Source: Octopus sinensis
Taxonomy: Eukaryota
Length of the DNA stretch: 64,000 nt
Direction of reading: 5' to 3'
Assembly (NCBI RefSeq): GCF_006345805.1
Contig: NC_043019.1
Coordinates: forward strand, 14,135,360 to 14,199,359
The notes beneath the pieces were generated by a model, which worked only from the letters and a program-made list of their open reading frames with translations, was not told where the DNA came from and did not search any database. The stretch's first letter is position 1; each line of letters opens with the position of its first letter. This document shows positions 50,511 to 63,438 of this stretch, piece by piece. A program made the position numbers and the translations under genes.

Positions 50511-50860
50511 CCTTACTACTGCTAATAGAAGGGTGAAGGTGACCCCTTAGTCATGAATGACCATTGGATTGCTCCTAGAAAGTCTCCCTTCAGGGCACAA
50601 GTCTGGGCAAGGTTTTATGGAAGACCAGCAGTCGCCCATGCATACTGGCATCCCCTCTCCATGCCACCAGTGTTATCCAAGGGAAAGGCAAAGGGGCCGA
50701 TACAGCTTGGCTCCAGTGACGTTGCAACTCATTTCTACAGCTGAGTTAACTGGAGCAACGTGAAATAAAGTGTCTTGCTCAAGAACACAACACGCAAACT
50801 GGTCCGGGAATTGAACTCACAACCTCACAATTATAAACTCGATGCTCTAACCACTGACCC
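50500..50860 (-). mobile_element. tRNA-derived SINE
   Basis: Reverse-complement head (tcagtggttagagc, gagttcaattccc), CORE-like ttgagcaagacactttatttc, and a body shared with 28575-28830. Confidence 0.7.
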
Positions 50861-50891
50861 ATGCACCTTTACTGCTACTAGTATTAATAAT

Positions 50892-51157
50892 CCTTTCAGG
50901 GTTGATAAAATAACTACCAGTTGGTCATTGGTGGGTAGGGGTCAATGTAATCAACTAGCTACTACCCAGCAAATTTCCAGCTTTGAGCCTATAGTAGAAA
51001 TGATCGTTATCATTATTATTAATACTAGTAGCATAATAATAATGCTCCTTTTTACTATAGGCTCAAAGCTTGAAATTTTGGGGGCAGTAGCTAGTTGATT
51101 ACATTGAACCTCACCCCCTAAATACCAACTGGTAGTTATCTTATCAACCCTAAAAGG
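50892..51157. repeat. Inverted pair of SINE-B2 3' halves (~108-bp arms, ~49-bp spacer)
   Basis: 50892-50999 matches the reverse complement of 51049-51157. Confidence 0.8.
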
Positions 51158-51838
51158 ACAAAAAGTAAAGTCGATCTCAACAAAATTTGAATTCAGAAAG
51201 TAAAGACAGATAAAATGCCACTAAGCACATTGCTTGAAGTGCTGACGGTTCCGCAAGTGCACTACCTTATTGTAAATTGGAAATGTTGACAAGTAAGTAT
51301 AAAAAAAAGCAATGTAAACATGATGAGTATGGATAAACAAAATATGTAATCACACATTGTTAGTTATTAAACAACACAAAGATTTAACAATGTATTGTTA
51401 ATTACATTGAATTAAATGAAGGAAAATACAAACAGAAAAATATTATTCTTAATTATTCGTGTACTCATGTAAAAGGATTGTTTGGTTTTAATTAGCCATT
51501 TTCAATTTAAATTTGGTTTTCAACACAGTTGTAGAAAAATTTTTCGTTAATAATGTTCCCTCTAATTGGCTAATTAGTTCTGCTGTTTGCAATCACCAGT
51601 TGTACCTCTGCTGTAATCATCTTCGTTTGTTTGTTCGTTAATTCATGTTGATTGTCTATTTTTCCCATGCTTGCTTGGGAAAAGTGACAGGAAGTAAAAT
51701 TCTGATCTACGATTTGTGCAGTTGGATGCTCTTCCTGTCACAAACACTTAACTGTTTTTTATGTGAGGGATTTTTGTTATTTTTTTTTTCATTCTCAAGG
51801 AATTTGAAAGTGCAGAGCTAATGGATGGTTTCTTTTGA

Positions 51839-51991
51839 TGGCTGTGTGGTAAGTAGCTTGTTTACGAACCACATGGTTCCGGGTTCAGTCCCACTGCGTG
51901 GAACCTTGGGCAAGTGTCTTCTACTATAGCCTCAGGCTGACCAAAGCCTTGTGAGTGGATTTGGTAGATGGAAACTGAAAGAAGCCCATCG

Positions 51992-52030
<39 letters not shown>

Positions 52031-52250
52031 TTATGTGTCTGTGTTTGTCCCCTTAGTATTGCTTGACAAACGATGCTGGTGTGTTTATGTCCCCGTTACT
52101 TAGCGGTTCGGCAAAAGAGACCGATAGAATAAGTACTGGGCTTACAAAAGAATAAGTCCCGGGGGTCGAGTTGCTCGATTAAAGGCGGTGCTCCAGCATG
52201 GCCGCAGCCAAATGACTGAAACAAGTAAAAGAGAGAGAGTAAGAGTAAAA
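51839..52250 (+). mobile_element. SINE-A
   Basis: Complete apart from the first few bases. Confidence 0.9.
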
Positions 52251-52472
52251 ATCACATGTAAGCAGCCCAGCTACAAACAGCAGCGCCATCACTCATAGCT
52301 AAGCTGCAAACATTGACATTGTATACTCCTAGCTGAGCGTAGGTAGTAAACATTCCATTACACATGCCTCTGTCTCTCTCTCTCTCTCCCCCTCTCCCTC
52401 CCTCCCCCTCCCCCTTTAGGTATCTGTATTCTGAGTTGTCCTTCATTCTCATAAAGTTGAAAGTGTTTGTGG

Positions 52473-52692
52473 CAGTGGTTTTCAACCAGGGTTCTGTGGA
52501 ACCTTAGGGTTCCGCCAGTACAGTGCAGGGGTTCCGCAAGAAGTTACAAAAACTGCTAAAATCGGCAGTAATTTTTAAGTCTCCTGTGCAGATATGTGTG
52601 CATAAGACTATTAAATTATTGCACAGGGGTTCCCCGAGGCAGTGGAATGTTTCCTTGGGGTTCCGCTCCAGCAAAAAGTTTGGAAAGCACTG
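52473..52692. mobile_element. hAT-like MITE, copy 2
   Basis: Near-identical to 25113-25333; TSD gtttgtgg / gtttatgg. Confidence 0.85.
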
Positions 52693-52829
52693 GTTTATGG
52701 ATTCATGTTTTATGGTGATCAGTTAATCTTGATATTGGTTTGTTTACTTCATGGATAATATCACTGGGCTTGGATAATGCTTAGATAACAGTGTCTAGTT
52801 CTGAGAAGTTCTGTGGCATATATAATCAA

Positions 52830-53228
52830 AATCAAAATCAAATTTGATGACTGGCATCTATTCTAGTGGGGTGCTAAGAGCACCATCCAAGCGTGATCGT
52901 TGCCAGAGCAGCTAATTGGCTTCTGTACTGGTGGCATGTAAAAGGCACCATTTGAGTGGGATCGTTACCAGCATCACCTTACTGGCACGTGTAAAAAGAT
53001 TCGAGCGAGGTCCTTGCCAGTACCGCCTGGCTGGCCCCCGTGCTGGTGGCACGTAAAAGCACCCACTACACTCTCAGAGTGGTTGGCATTAGGAAGGGCA
53101 ACCAGCAGTAAAAACTCTGCCAGATCAAGATTGGAGCCTGGTGCAGCCATCTGGTTTGCCAGACCTCAGTCAAAATCGTCCAACCCATGCTAGCATGGAA
53201 AGCGGACGTTAAACGATGATGATGATGA
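52830..53228 (+). mobile_element. RTE 3'-UTR-derived element with internal subrepeats
   Basis: Repeated gatcgtt(g/a)ccag..ctggtggca.gtaaaa blocks, then the standard tail ending aaacgatgatgatg. Confidence 0.7.
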
Positions 53229-53889
53229 TATATATCTAATGACTGAAACAAGTAAAAGGTAAAAGAAGTTATCATATGATAAAAGATACTCAAGGTATGA
53301 CCAATCATTGTTTGATATGTTCTTTATTCAAAATAGTAAGCTGACATAATTTGATGGAGATTTAGCTGCTATTTCTACCACATTGAGCTTCTACATAGAG
53401 GCCCACTTGTTTATTTGGGGAAAAAAATGTAGTGTTTCTCGTACCATCACAGAGTATAGATTATCTTTTTGAAAACAAACCACCTGCTACAGTGTTGTTC
53501 TTTAATAATACATCAAAGAGAAATGGTCTTGAATAGATGAATATTGAACTAATATTCTGGAATATCGAACCGTTATTCTATGAAGAATCTTGTAAGATTT
53601 TGATAAATGACACATATGTATGTATGTGTGTGTGTATGTATGTATGTATCTCATCATCATCATCATCATTGTCTAACGTCCGCTTTCCATACTATCATCA
53701 TCATCATTTATGTATATCTATCTATATCTATGTATATCTATCTATCTATATCTATATATATCTATCTATCTATATCTATGTATATCTATCTATCTATCTT
53801 CCTTCCTTCCTTCCTAACATTACAATTTATGGTTACTTGAGAAACAGTGATATTTATTGCTGCCAAAACCATTACAATCACTCCAAATT

Positions 53890-53943
<54 letters not shown>

Positions 53944-55103
53944 ACTGTGGTGTTGAAAAAAAAAATATTGTAAAAACATGAACTGCTCTATTTTACCAAA
54001 GAAAATGGATTAAAATTTGTTTTTAATTTTTATTGCAAATAAATGAAAAATGAAAATGTTGTAATTAACAAAAAAATAATTTCTACAACTGTTTCTAGTT
54101 GATACAGCATATGGCAGGAGAAAAAAAATCACTTCAGTTTCCTCAATGTAAGCTAATTGAAACCATGATGGGTGCTGGAAAAATAAATGGTAAAACATTG
54201 AGTCCGGAAAGACACTTTTATCAACTGCGTAACTTCACTAGTGTCACACCAATCTGTCTCCTCCTCTTCATGTCATTTTATGTGACACCAATGCCACTTC
54301 TTTTTACGTGGCACCAACACCACTTCTTTGTATGTGGCACCAACACCAGCTTTTTGGGTGTTAGGGAATGAAACATGGGAGAAGATTGATAGATCAGAGC
54401 CCTCCATGGACAAGCTTTACCATGATAGGATCAGTTTGTTTGACTAAAGCCCTTAAAGATACTGTTCCAATGATCAATGCAAGTAAAAGATAAAAGGAGT
54501 GTGTGTGTGTGTGTACACCTGGCAGCTTGGTGCCTTTAGTAGAGAACACACTATTGCAAACATTCATCCCAGGTCTCCTGTCTGTAGACACTTACACTCT
54601 TCTCTCCTCCTATCCATATAAGAGGCCCTTTACAAACTGATGGATGCTGCCTTCCTCTTCACCAAAAGATGAGAAATAGATATTGGGAAAAAATGATGAC
54701 TGGATCATCATCTTTTCTATTACTGTTACTAATGGGAAAAACGTATGTCTTTGTTTTTTGCCATATATCATAAGACATTCTTTGAATACAACGATCTCTC
54801 TCTGTTGTGTATTATATATTTTCTGTTGTTACTGTCTTTGCTTCTTTGTTTCTTTCATTTAATATATATTTTCTCACTGACCTCATTACTCAACCTTTTT
54901 ATTCCCATTTTATCTACAGACCTCTACCTCTCTTGCTACTCTTCTTGTCTCATTGTTTTGTTTTTGTGTTCATGTTTGCTCAAGTATTGTGTTGGTTCAT
55001 CTATACACCCACCACCACCACCACCACCATCTTATATTGCTGACATTGCCAAATTGAATAAAATCATCATAGGTGTCGAAATTGTGATGATATTTAGTCA
55101 ACA

Positions 55104-55263
55104 GGTGCAGGAGTGGCTGTGTGGTAAGAAGCTTGCTTACTAACCGCATGGTTCCAGGTTCAGTCCCACTGCATGGCACCTTGAGTAAGTGTCTTCTACT
55201 ATAGCCTTAGGCTGACCAAAGACTTGCGAGTGGATTTTGTAGACGGAAACTGAAAGAAGCCCG

Positions 55264-55353
<90 letters not shown>

Positions 55354-55560
55354 CTATGCATGTGTTTGTCCTTCCAACACCACTTGACAACCAGTGTTGG
55401 TGTGTTTATGTCCCTGTAGCTCAGCAGTTTGGCAAAAGAGACTGATAGAATAAGTACTAGGCTTAAAAAATAAGTCATGAAGTCGATTTGTTCAACTAAA
55501 ACCCTTCAAGGTGGTGATCCAGCATGGTTGCAGTCAAATGACCAAAACAAGTAAAAGAAT
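55104..55560 (+). mobile_element. SINE-A
   Basis: Complete copy with a long internal (TA)n(CA)n. Confidence 0.9.
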
Positions 55561-55695
55561 AATAGAATAACTGAGGATAGATTGAGCGACTCTAGGACAT
55601 TTACCTACCCCCAACAGACAATTACCCCTCAGGACAACAGATGATAGTTTAAAACTTCTTAAATATATTGGGGAGGGGGTAATTGTGTGAGTGAG

Positions 55696-56180
55696 CAGAG
55701 TCATTAGCAAAAAGGGGTGCAAGCCAGCAGTCATTAGCAAAAAGGGGTGCAAACCAGCAGTCATTAGCAAAAAAGGGTGCAAGCCGTCAGTCATTAGCAA
55801 AATGGGGTGCAAACCAGCAGAGTCATTAGCAAAAAAGGGTACGAATCAGCAGAGTCATTAGCAAAAAAGGGTCCAAACCAGCAGAGTCATTAGCAAAAAA
55901 GGGTCCGAACCAGCAGAGTCATTAGCAAAAAAAAATCCGAACCAGCAGAGTCATTAGCAAAAAAGGGTCCGAACCAGCAGTCATTAGCAAAAAAGGGTAC
56001 GAACTGGCAGAGTCATTAGCAAAAATGGGTGCAAGCCAGCAGAGTCATTAGCAAAAAAGAGTCCGAACCAGCAGAGTCATTAGCAAAAAAGGGTACGAAC
56101 CAGCAGAGTCATTAGCAAAAGAGGGTCCGAACCGGCAGAGTCATTAGCAAAAATGGGTGCAAGCCAGCAGAGTCATTAGC
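55696..56180 (+). repeat. Minisatellite, 16 units of 30-32 bp
   Basis: Consensus cagagtcattagcaaaaaagggtccgaaccag; tcattagc counted 16 times from 55701 to 56173. Confidence 0.95.
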
Positions 56181-56286
56181 TTAGCATTATTTTTTACTAG
56201 CTCTTTATGTTTTGAGTTCAAATTTCACCAAGATCATCCTTCCCATTCATCATTTCAGGGCCAATGAATCAAGTTGCAGTTTATCC

Positions 56287-56600
56287 CTGGAGCCTATGCA
56301 ATCGACTTGCCCCTCCTCTCAAAATTGCTAGCCTTGTGCCAAAATTAGAAATAATAATTATAAAGCCAGCAAAATTTATATTCCAATAAAGTCTGGAGCC
56401 TATGCAATCGACTTGCCCCTCCTCTCAAAATTGCCAGCCTTGTGCCAAAATTAGAAATAATAATTATAAAGCCAGCAAAATTTATATTCCAATAAAGGCT
56501 GGAGCCTATGCAATCGACTTGCCCCTCCTCTCAAAATTGCCAGCCTTGTGCCAAAATTAGAAATAATAATTATAAAGCCAGCAAAATTTATATTCCAATA
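56287..56600 (+). repeat. Three near-identical 106-bp tandem units (SINE-B2 tail plus flank)
   Basis: ctggagcctatgcaatcgacttgcccc starts at 56287, 56393 and 56499. Confidence 0.95.
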
Positions 56601-57299
56601 ATAAAGGCATTAAATAATCACCAATCGCCCTATTTATATGGATTGGGAGTTAGATTCACTGAATATTTATTGCTTCTGACAGGAATGACACTTTCGCTTG
56701 TTATGCTGTCATATCCAGCTGAAACATGATTTGGCACTGAGTGATTTTCTCAGCTAATGCAACATGCAGCGTGTGTTTATGTATATATATATAGATATAT
56801 GTAGATTTGATTGCCGTTCTGATTGGGTTTCTTTCTGTATGATGGAAACACCATTAAAGAGACTGTAGTTTTGTATGGATTCCTTTTTCTTTTTATTTAT
56901 TTATTTGCGTGGCTGCTGTGTAGATACGTTCTGGTTCAGTTCCACTCTGCTGCACCCAGGGCTAAACATCTGCTATAGCTCTGACTAGAAGCCTTTCTGA
57001 ATGGATATCGAAAGATGCCACTCTCCACCTCCCCCTCTCGCTTTCTCACAAACACACACACACACACTGACGCATAGGAACTAATAACACAAACATGTTT
57101 ATCCTTCCTCCTTCATTTTCTCTGCACATCATATAATATATGATGTACAAATACGTTCTGAGTTCAAATTCCACCGAGGTCGACTTTACCTTTCATCCTT
57201 TCGGGGTCGATAAAATAAGTACCAGTTACACAATCGACTTAATCCCTTTGTTTGTCCCCTCTGTTTTTAGCCCCTTGTGGGCAATAAAGAAATAAATTA

Positions 57300-57330
<31 letters not shown>

Positions 57331-57699
57331 GATTATTATTATTATTACTACTACTACATTTCAATTACCATTGAGGTCAACTTTGCCTTTCATCCTTTCA
57401 GGGTCGATTAAATAAATACCAGTTGAGTACTGGGGTCAATGTAATTGACTTAATCCCCTTTGGCACAAATTGCTGGCCTTGTGCCAAAAATTTGAAACCC
57501 CAATTATTATTCCTTAGGCGGCGAGCTGGCAGAATCGTTAGCACGCCAGCGTCCGTCTTTACGTTCTGAGTTCAAATTCTGCCAAGGTTGACTCTGCTTT
57601 TCATCCCTTCGGGGTCAATAAATGAAAGCTTTATCATCATTATTATTATTATTATTATTTTAAAATTAATATTTACGAAGAGTGAAATAAAATGTAGGT

Positions 57700-58085
57700 A
57701 CTGGCATGGCTGTGTGGTAAGCCGTTTATTTCCCAACCATAAGGCTCCGGGTTCAGTCCCTCTGTGTGTCATCGTGGGTAAGTGTCTTCTGCTATCGCTT
57801 CGGACGACGAAAATCTTGTGAGTGAATTTGATAGACAGAAACTGAAAGAAGCCCGCTGTATGTATCTGTGTGTGTGTGTGTGTTTCTCGCCGTTTAACAA
57901 CTGGTATTGGTTTGTTTACGTCCCCATACCTTAGCGGTTCTGTAAAAGACCTATAGAATCAATATTAAGTTTAAAAAAAAGAAAAAGAAAATAACATTGG
58001 AGGTCGATTTGCACGACTAAAATCTTTCTGAGCGGTGCTCCTGCATGGCCACAGTCTAATGACTGAATCTCACAAAAGATAAAAG
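57700..58085 (+). mobile_element. SINE-A, diverged
   Basis: Head and 3' module recognisable. Confidence 0.8.
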
Positions 58086-58584
58086 AAATTAATAATTACA
58101 AAACGAAGAACAAAAAGTATAACAAAAATCAATTAACGAAAAAAAGATAATTAAATGCCAATTACGTTGCCGTAATTACCTCCCTTACATCACTTGTCTC
58201 TAACAATCCTGACAGTCTTTAAAACAACGAGTTTCTTTATTGATTAACGTAATTTCGTTAGAAGTATCTTCAGCGTACTTTTAATTTAGCTTAGAGTAAA
58301 TATAATTTATCTTCAGTGTACTTTTAATTTTGTTTGGGGTAAATATAATTTATTAACATCATAAATATCGATGTGTTCGTTAAATATTAGTAGCTTTTCA
58401 GTTAGATAGACGGTCTGAACTCCAATATTTTAAGTATTTTAATTATATTTATTGCATCAACTCTACGAAGAATCAATATGTTGGCATTTCAATGCTCTAA
58501 AGTGAGATTCTATGTTGGTAAATGATGTTTATTTATTGGGTTTTTTTCCCCCTCTCTTGGTTTCATATTATTTCTAGATAACAT

Positions 58585-58984
58585 ATCTTTATATATAAAA
58601 GTGAAGTTGTGTGTCTGTCTCCCAATGATTTAGATTCCTAACTACTCCCACATTTTGCGGTGCAGTTTAACCAAAACCGGGTATCTTATAGTCGTGATTC
58701 ATATCGAGCCCTTCTGGGTATTAGCGCGCGTCTACGATGAGTCTACGATTTAAAAAAAAATTTACCATAATTTGTTTTCCATTTTAATGCATTTTTCGCT
58801 ATTATATAAGGGAAGTAACTCTCTAAAAATGTCTACGATGAGTCAACGATTTAAAAAAAAATTTACCATCATTTTTTTCCATCTTTAATGCATTTTTTTG
58901 CTATCTTTTGGCTATAACTCTCTAAAAATGTTTATATAGTTATTTCCCTTACAAACCCGAGCAACGCCGGGCGATACTGCTAGT
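58585..58984 (-). mobile_element. Helentron/HINE-like element, copy 3 (same ends, different interior)
   Basis: End acaaacccgagcaacgccgggcgatactgctagt is the reverse complement of 31806-31839; the interior is a ~100-bp duplication (58730-58830, 58831-58930). Confidence 0.6.
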
Positions 58985-59273
58985 TTCAATATAACTTTCC
59001 TTTTTATAATTCTCTTTTACTCTTTTCAGTCATTTGACTGTGGCCAAAGTATTAAAGGTGACGAGCTGGCCGTACCGTTAGCACATCGGGGAGAATGCTT
59101 AGCGGCATTTCGTCCATCTCCTCACGTTTTGATTTCAAAATCGGCCGAGGTCGATTTTGATTTTCATCCTTTCGGGGCTGATAAATAAGCATACTAGGGT
59201 TGATGTAACAGACTCACCCACACCCCGAAATTACTGGCCTTGTGCCAAATTGTGAAACCAATATTAACTATTA

Positions 59274-59673
59274 GGCGTAGGAATGGCTGTGTGGTAAGTA
59301 GCTTGCTTACCAACCATATGGTTCCGGATTCAGTCCCACTGCGTGGCACCTTGGGCAAGTGTCTTCTGCTATAGCCTTCGGGACGACCAAAGCCTTGTGA
59401 GTGGATTTGGTAGACGGAAACTGAAAGAAGCCCATCGTATGTATATATATGTGTGTGTGTGTATATATATGTGTGTGTGTCTGTGTGTCCCCAAACATCG
59501 CTTGACAACCGATGCTGGTGTGTTTACGTCCCCGTAACTGAGCGGTTCGGTAAAAAGGGGCCGATAGAATAAGTACTAGGCTTACAAAGACTAAGTCCTG
59601 GGGTCGATTTGCTTGACTACATGCGGTGCTCCAGCATGGCCGCAGTCAAATGACTGAAACAAGTAAAAGAGTA
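59274..59673 (+). mobile_element. SINE-A
   Basis: Complete copy. Confidence 0.9.
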
Positions 59674-60484
59674 ATACGTTATAAAAGAAACACCAGAAAT
59701 CTTTGGAGTATTTTTCTCTAATAAATTTCGGTAATATCTGTTTAAGATGTAGGTAATAAGTATTGTTTTTCATTAAATTATGTTAATAATACCTGTAAAG
59801 ATTTCGTATCTTAAATACCTGAGGTAACGTTTAATGATACAGTGTGGTTTAAATTATTGTGTCGTTTAATAAAAGATTGGACCATGATATTTAATTACGC
59901 ACTGCAGAGAACTTACATTTTGATAGTTATTGTAAAGGTTCACATTTCTAAGACCAGAGGCAACATTTAGTATTGTGTAGTGTTGTGAATTAGTGTGTCG
60001 TGTTTTGAAAGATTGCTCTATGATATTTAATTATTGCAGAGAACTTATAACTGATAAAAAGTTGCCAATGGCTAGTTCAAGTTGCTAGCTATGTAAATAT
60101 AAAAGATAACAAACAATTCTGAAAAGGAAAATTTCTGTGATAAATACACGCTGCTGTCAGTTTGTTTGTTAGATTTAATTATTTTTATTTTTGTTTTTTT
60201 TTCTCTCTCCAAATATTTCAATATTTTTCAAAGATTTTCTTTTTTCTTTATTTTTCAATTAACATTCACAATTTTCTCTGGTATTATTTCTGATGACTTT
60301 TGCTTTCCAGTTATCGTCGTCGTTTTTATGTGTACATTTCCATGCTTGCGTGGGCCTGATTTTCTATGGTCAGGTTCTCTTCCTGACATCAAACAAAGGT
60401 AATATTTCTTCTTGACCTGACACATTCTTGCAGAATATTGAAAAGGAAAGAGGCTGCTTATGTGACACTTATCTACAAGTATGA

Positions 60485-60912
60485 TGAAGGCGGCGAGCTG
60501 GCAGAAACGTTAGCACGCCGAGCGAAATGCTTACCAGTATTTCGTCTGCCGTTACGTTCTGAGTTCAAATTCCGCCGAGGTCGACTTTGCCTTTCATCCT
60601 TTTGGGGTCGATAAATAAGGTATCTGTTTCGCACTGGGGTCGATGTAATCGACTTAATCCGTTTGTCTGTCCTTGTTTGTCCCCTCTCTGTTTAGCCCCT
60701 TGTGGGCAGTAAAGAAATAGAAATAGGTATTTCATTTGTTGTTTCGTTCTGAGTTCAAATTCCGCCGAGGTCGACTTTGCCTTTCATCCTTTCGGGGTCG
60801 ATAAATAAAGTACCAGTTTTGCACTGGGGTCGATGTAATCGACTTAATCCCTTTGTCTGTCCTTGTTTGTCCCCTCTATGTTTAGCCCCTTATGGGCAGT
60901 AAAGAAATATAT
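60485..60912 (+). mobile_element. SINE-B dimer with TSD
   Basis: TSD at(c/t)tacaagtatga at 60471-84 and 60913-26; junction aaagaaatagaaataggtatttc at ~60712-34. Confidence 0.9.
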
Positions 60913-61762
60913 ATTTACAAGTATGACGCGATATCAACATAAGCATACGAAAAGGTATAACCCCCTCCACACTATGATTTATATCTTCTTTATATAACAT
61001 CATACCTGGAACTAAGTAAAGACTCTCACAGATCCCATGCATCCGAAAGGGGTATTTATCTTAATTTCTACATATTTTGTTGATGCTGTTTATAACTAGA
61101 TGGACTGAGCCAGAATGATTGGATGGGATTTTTTTTTTAAACAGTGAATAACCAGGATAGATTAAGACATCAAAGGCTTATTTATTTGTAACTGCTAATT
61201 TGTCCATCTAATCTCAGAGAACCACTGAGCAAAAACTGATGAGGGAGGGCCACCTGATTGATTGGCATCGTGTTACTCTGGCCCATGGACATGCTGTCTT
61301 CTCTTTCTCTCCCCCTCTTTGTTTCTCTCTCTCTCTTTCTCACTCTCTGTCTTTCCCTCTCGTTTTTTCTCTCTTCCTCTCTCCCCACTGCCCCCTCTTC
61401 TCTCTCTCTCCCCTTTCCACAACAACTATAATGGCCTCTGCTCCTTTGAGGTGGCTGACTCCACTCAAACATTCCCATCCCATCCATCTCCCCTTCCTTT
61501 CCTCAACCCTTGTAACTAAACCCAACCAGGCCCTTCACTGATTACTATATCCAATCCTTCCTGCCAGCAAACACTGGATCTTTGAATCTCCATCCCTGCT
61601 CATATCTTTCCCTTTGAGTGGTCAACTTACAGAGATCCAAGAACAGCATAAACAACATGAATCTCACCAATCTAGGAAGGCCTCCAAAGGCCGAAGGGGC
61701 TGCCCCCTTCCTTCACACTCACCAACTTGAAATAAAAATTACACTCAGAACAGCTCGGCAAT

Positions 61763-62290
61763 ACTCTCTCTCTCTCTCTCTCTCTCTTTTTCTTTATCTC
61801 TATCTCTCTCTATCTCTCTTCTTCCCTCTCTCTACCACTCTTCCCCTCTCTTGCTCCCTCTCCTCTATATATCATCCACCCCTTCTCTCCTCTCTCCTCT
61901 CTCCTCCCTCATCTCTTCCTCCTACCCACTCCTCTTTCCCCATCTTCCCCATCCCTCCCTCATCTCTCTCTTCCTCTCCTTTCTCTATCACTCTTCCCCT
62001 CCTTCCTCTATCACTCTTCCCCTCCTTCCTCTATCACTCTTCCCATATCATCCCTTTCTTCTCTCTCCATTTCCCCCCTCCCCTTCTACCCCTGTCCTTC
62101 CCCATCCCGTTCCCCTTCTCCCCATCCCGTTCCCCTTCTCCCCATCCCGTTCCCCTTCTTCCCTGTAGCTGCCCCAATCTCTCCCACATCCCTCTCCCGC
62201 CCTCCCTCCCTCCACCACCACCTCCACCCACTCTCTTTTTTTTTCCCTCTTCTCTCATCACCCTTTCTTTCTTCATCACCATTCTCCCAT
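61763..62290. repeat. Polypyrimidine/polypurine tract with 23-bp and 20-bp local tandem units
   Basis: ctatcactcttcccctccttcct ~2.5x from 61985; cccatcccgttccccttctc 3x at 62101-62160. Confidence 0.85.
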
Positions 62291-62795
62291 TTTCCCATAG
62301 ATGTATTCTACTAGAAATATCCTGAAAGCCTACCTGTAGATTTTCATATTTGCATAACACATTATTATTTATTACTTTCTAACCTGACAGATTCCTTTGA
62401 ACATGTCCTTTGAGACAATATAGGACAATTACATAAATAGAAGCTGCTTGCCAACCCAATATATTTCCTGGATAAACCACTGATGCATAACGCAGCTGAA
62501 GTGCAAGTATTGCTACAGGCTGCAATTATGCATTAGAAACACAATTATTCCACGGCTTTCTTCTCTCTTTTCTAAAATGCTGGCAATTTAAATATTTCCA
62601 AATTTTCCTGCTGTCAAATAAGATCTTAACCAAATAGCCATCGACTCATAATCAATCAATCACTATTTAACTTACCTATTAATTGATGTAATCATCTTTT
62701 CTGCTCTAGGCACAAGGCCCGAAATTTGGTGGGGTAGGGGGCAAGTTGATTGAATCGACCCAAGTGCGCAACTGGTACTTAATTTATCAACCCTG

Positions 62796-63085
62796 TCTTC
62801 ATGTTCTGAGTTCAAATTCCGCCGAGGTCGACTTTGCCTTTCATCCTTTCAGGGTCGATTAAATAAGTACCAGTTACACACTGGGGGTTGATATAATCGA
62901 CTTAATCTGTTTGTCTGTCCTTGTTTGTCCTCTCTGTATTTAGCCCCTTGTGGGTAGTAAAGAAATAGGTATTTCGTCTGCCGCTACATTCTGAGTTCAA
63001 ATTCCGCCGAGGTCGACTTTGCCTTTCATCCTTTCGGGGTTGATTAAATAAGTACCAGTTACACACTGAGCAATAAAGAAATAAA
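62796..63085 (+). mobile_element. Headless SINE-B dimer (second unit deleted internally)
   Basis: Junction gaaataggtatttc at 62962-75. Confidence 0.8.
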
Positions 63086-63204
63086 TATTACCTTGCTTAG
63101 AAACAGGTGAGGGTTACGAACAAGAAGGGTATTCAGTCATAGGAAATCTGCCTCGATTAAATTATGTCTAACCCATGCAAGCATGGAAAAGTGGATGTTA
63201 AACC

Positions 63205-63438
63205 TATTTCTTTACTACCCACAAGGGGCTAAACACAGAGAGGACAAACAAGGACAGACAAATGGATTAAGTTGATTATATCGACCCCAGTGCGTAACTG
63301 GTACTTAATTTATCGACCCCGAAAGGATGAAAGGCAAAATCGACCTCGGCGGAATTTGAACTCAGAACGTAACGGCAGATGAAATATGGCTACGCATTTC
63401 GCCCGGCGTGCTTAACGTTTCTACCAGCTCGCTGCCCC
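63205..63438 (-). mobile_element. SINE-B monomer inserted in an RTE tail (63100-63465)
   Basis: Flanking taaacc at 63199-204 and 63439-44; the tail resumes with gatgatgatg. Confidence 0.85.

Noticed and set aside
61247-61270. CTGATGA motifs here and at ~6633, ~27565 and ~45295
   Set aside because: No stem II followed by GAAA downstream, so they are not hammerheads.
61618-62360. 235-aa Pro/Ser/Leu-rich ORF and antisense Gly/Arg/Glu ORFs
   Set aside because: Products of the CT-rich low-complexity tract.
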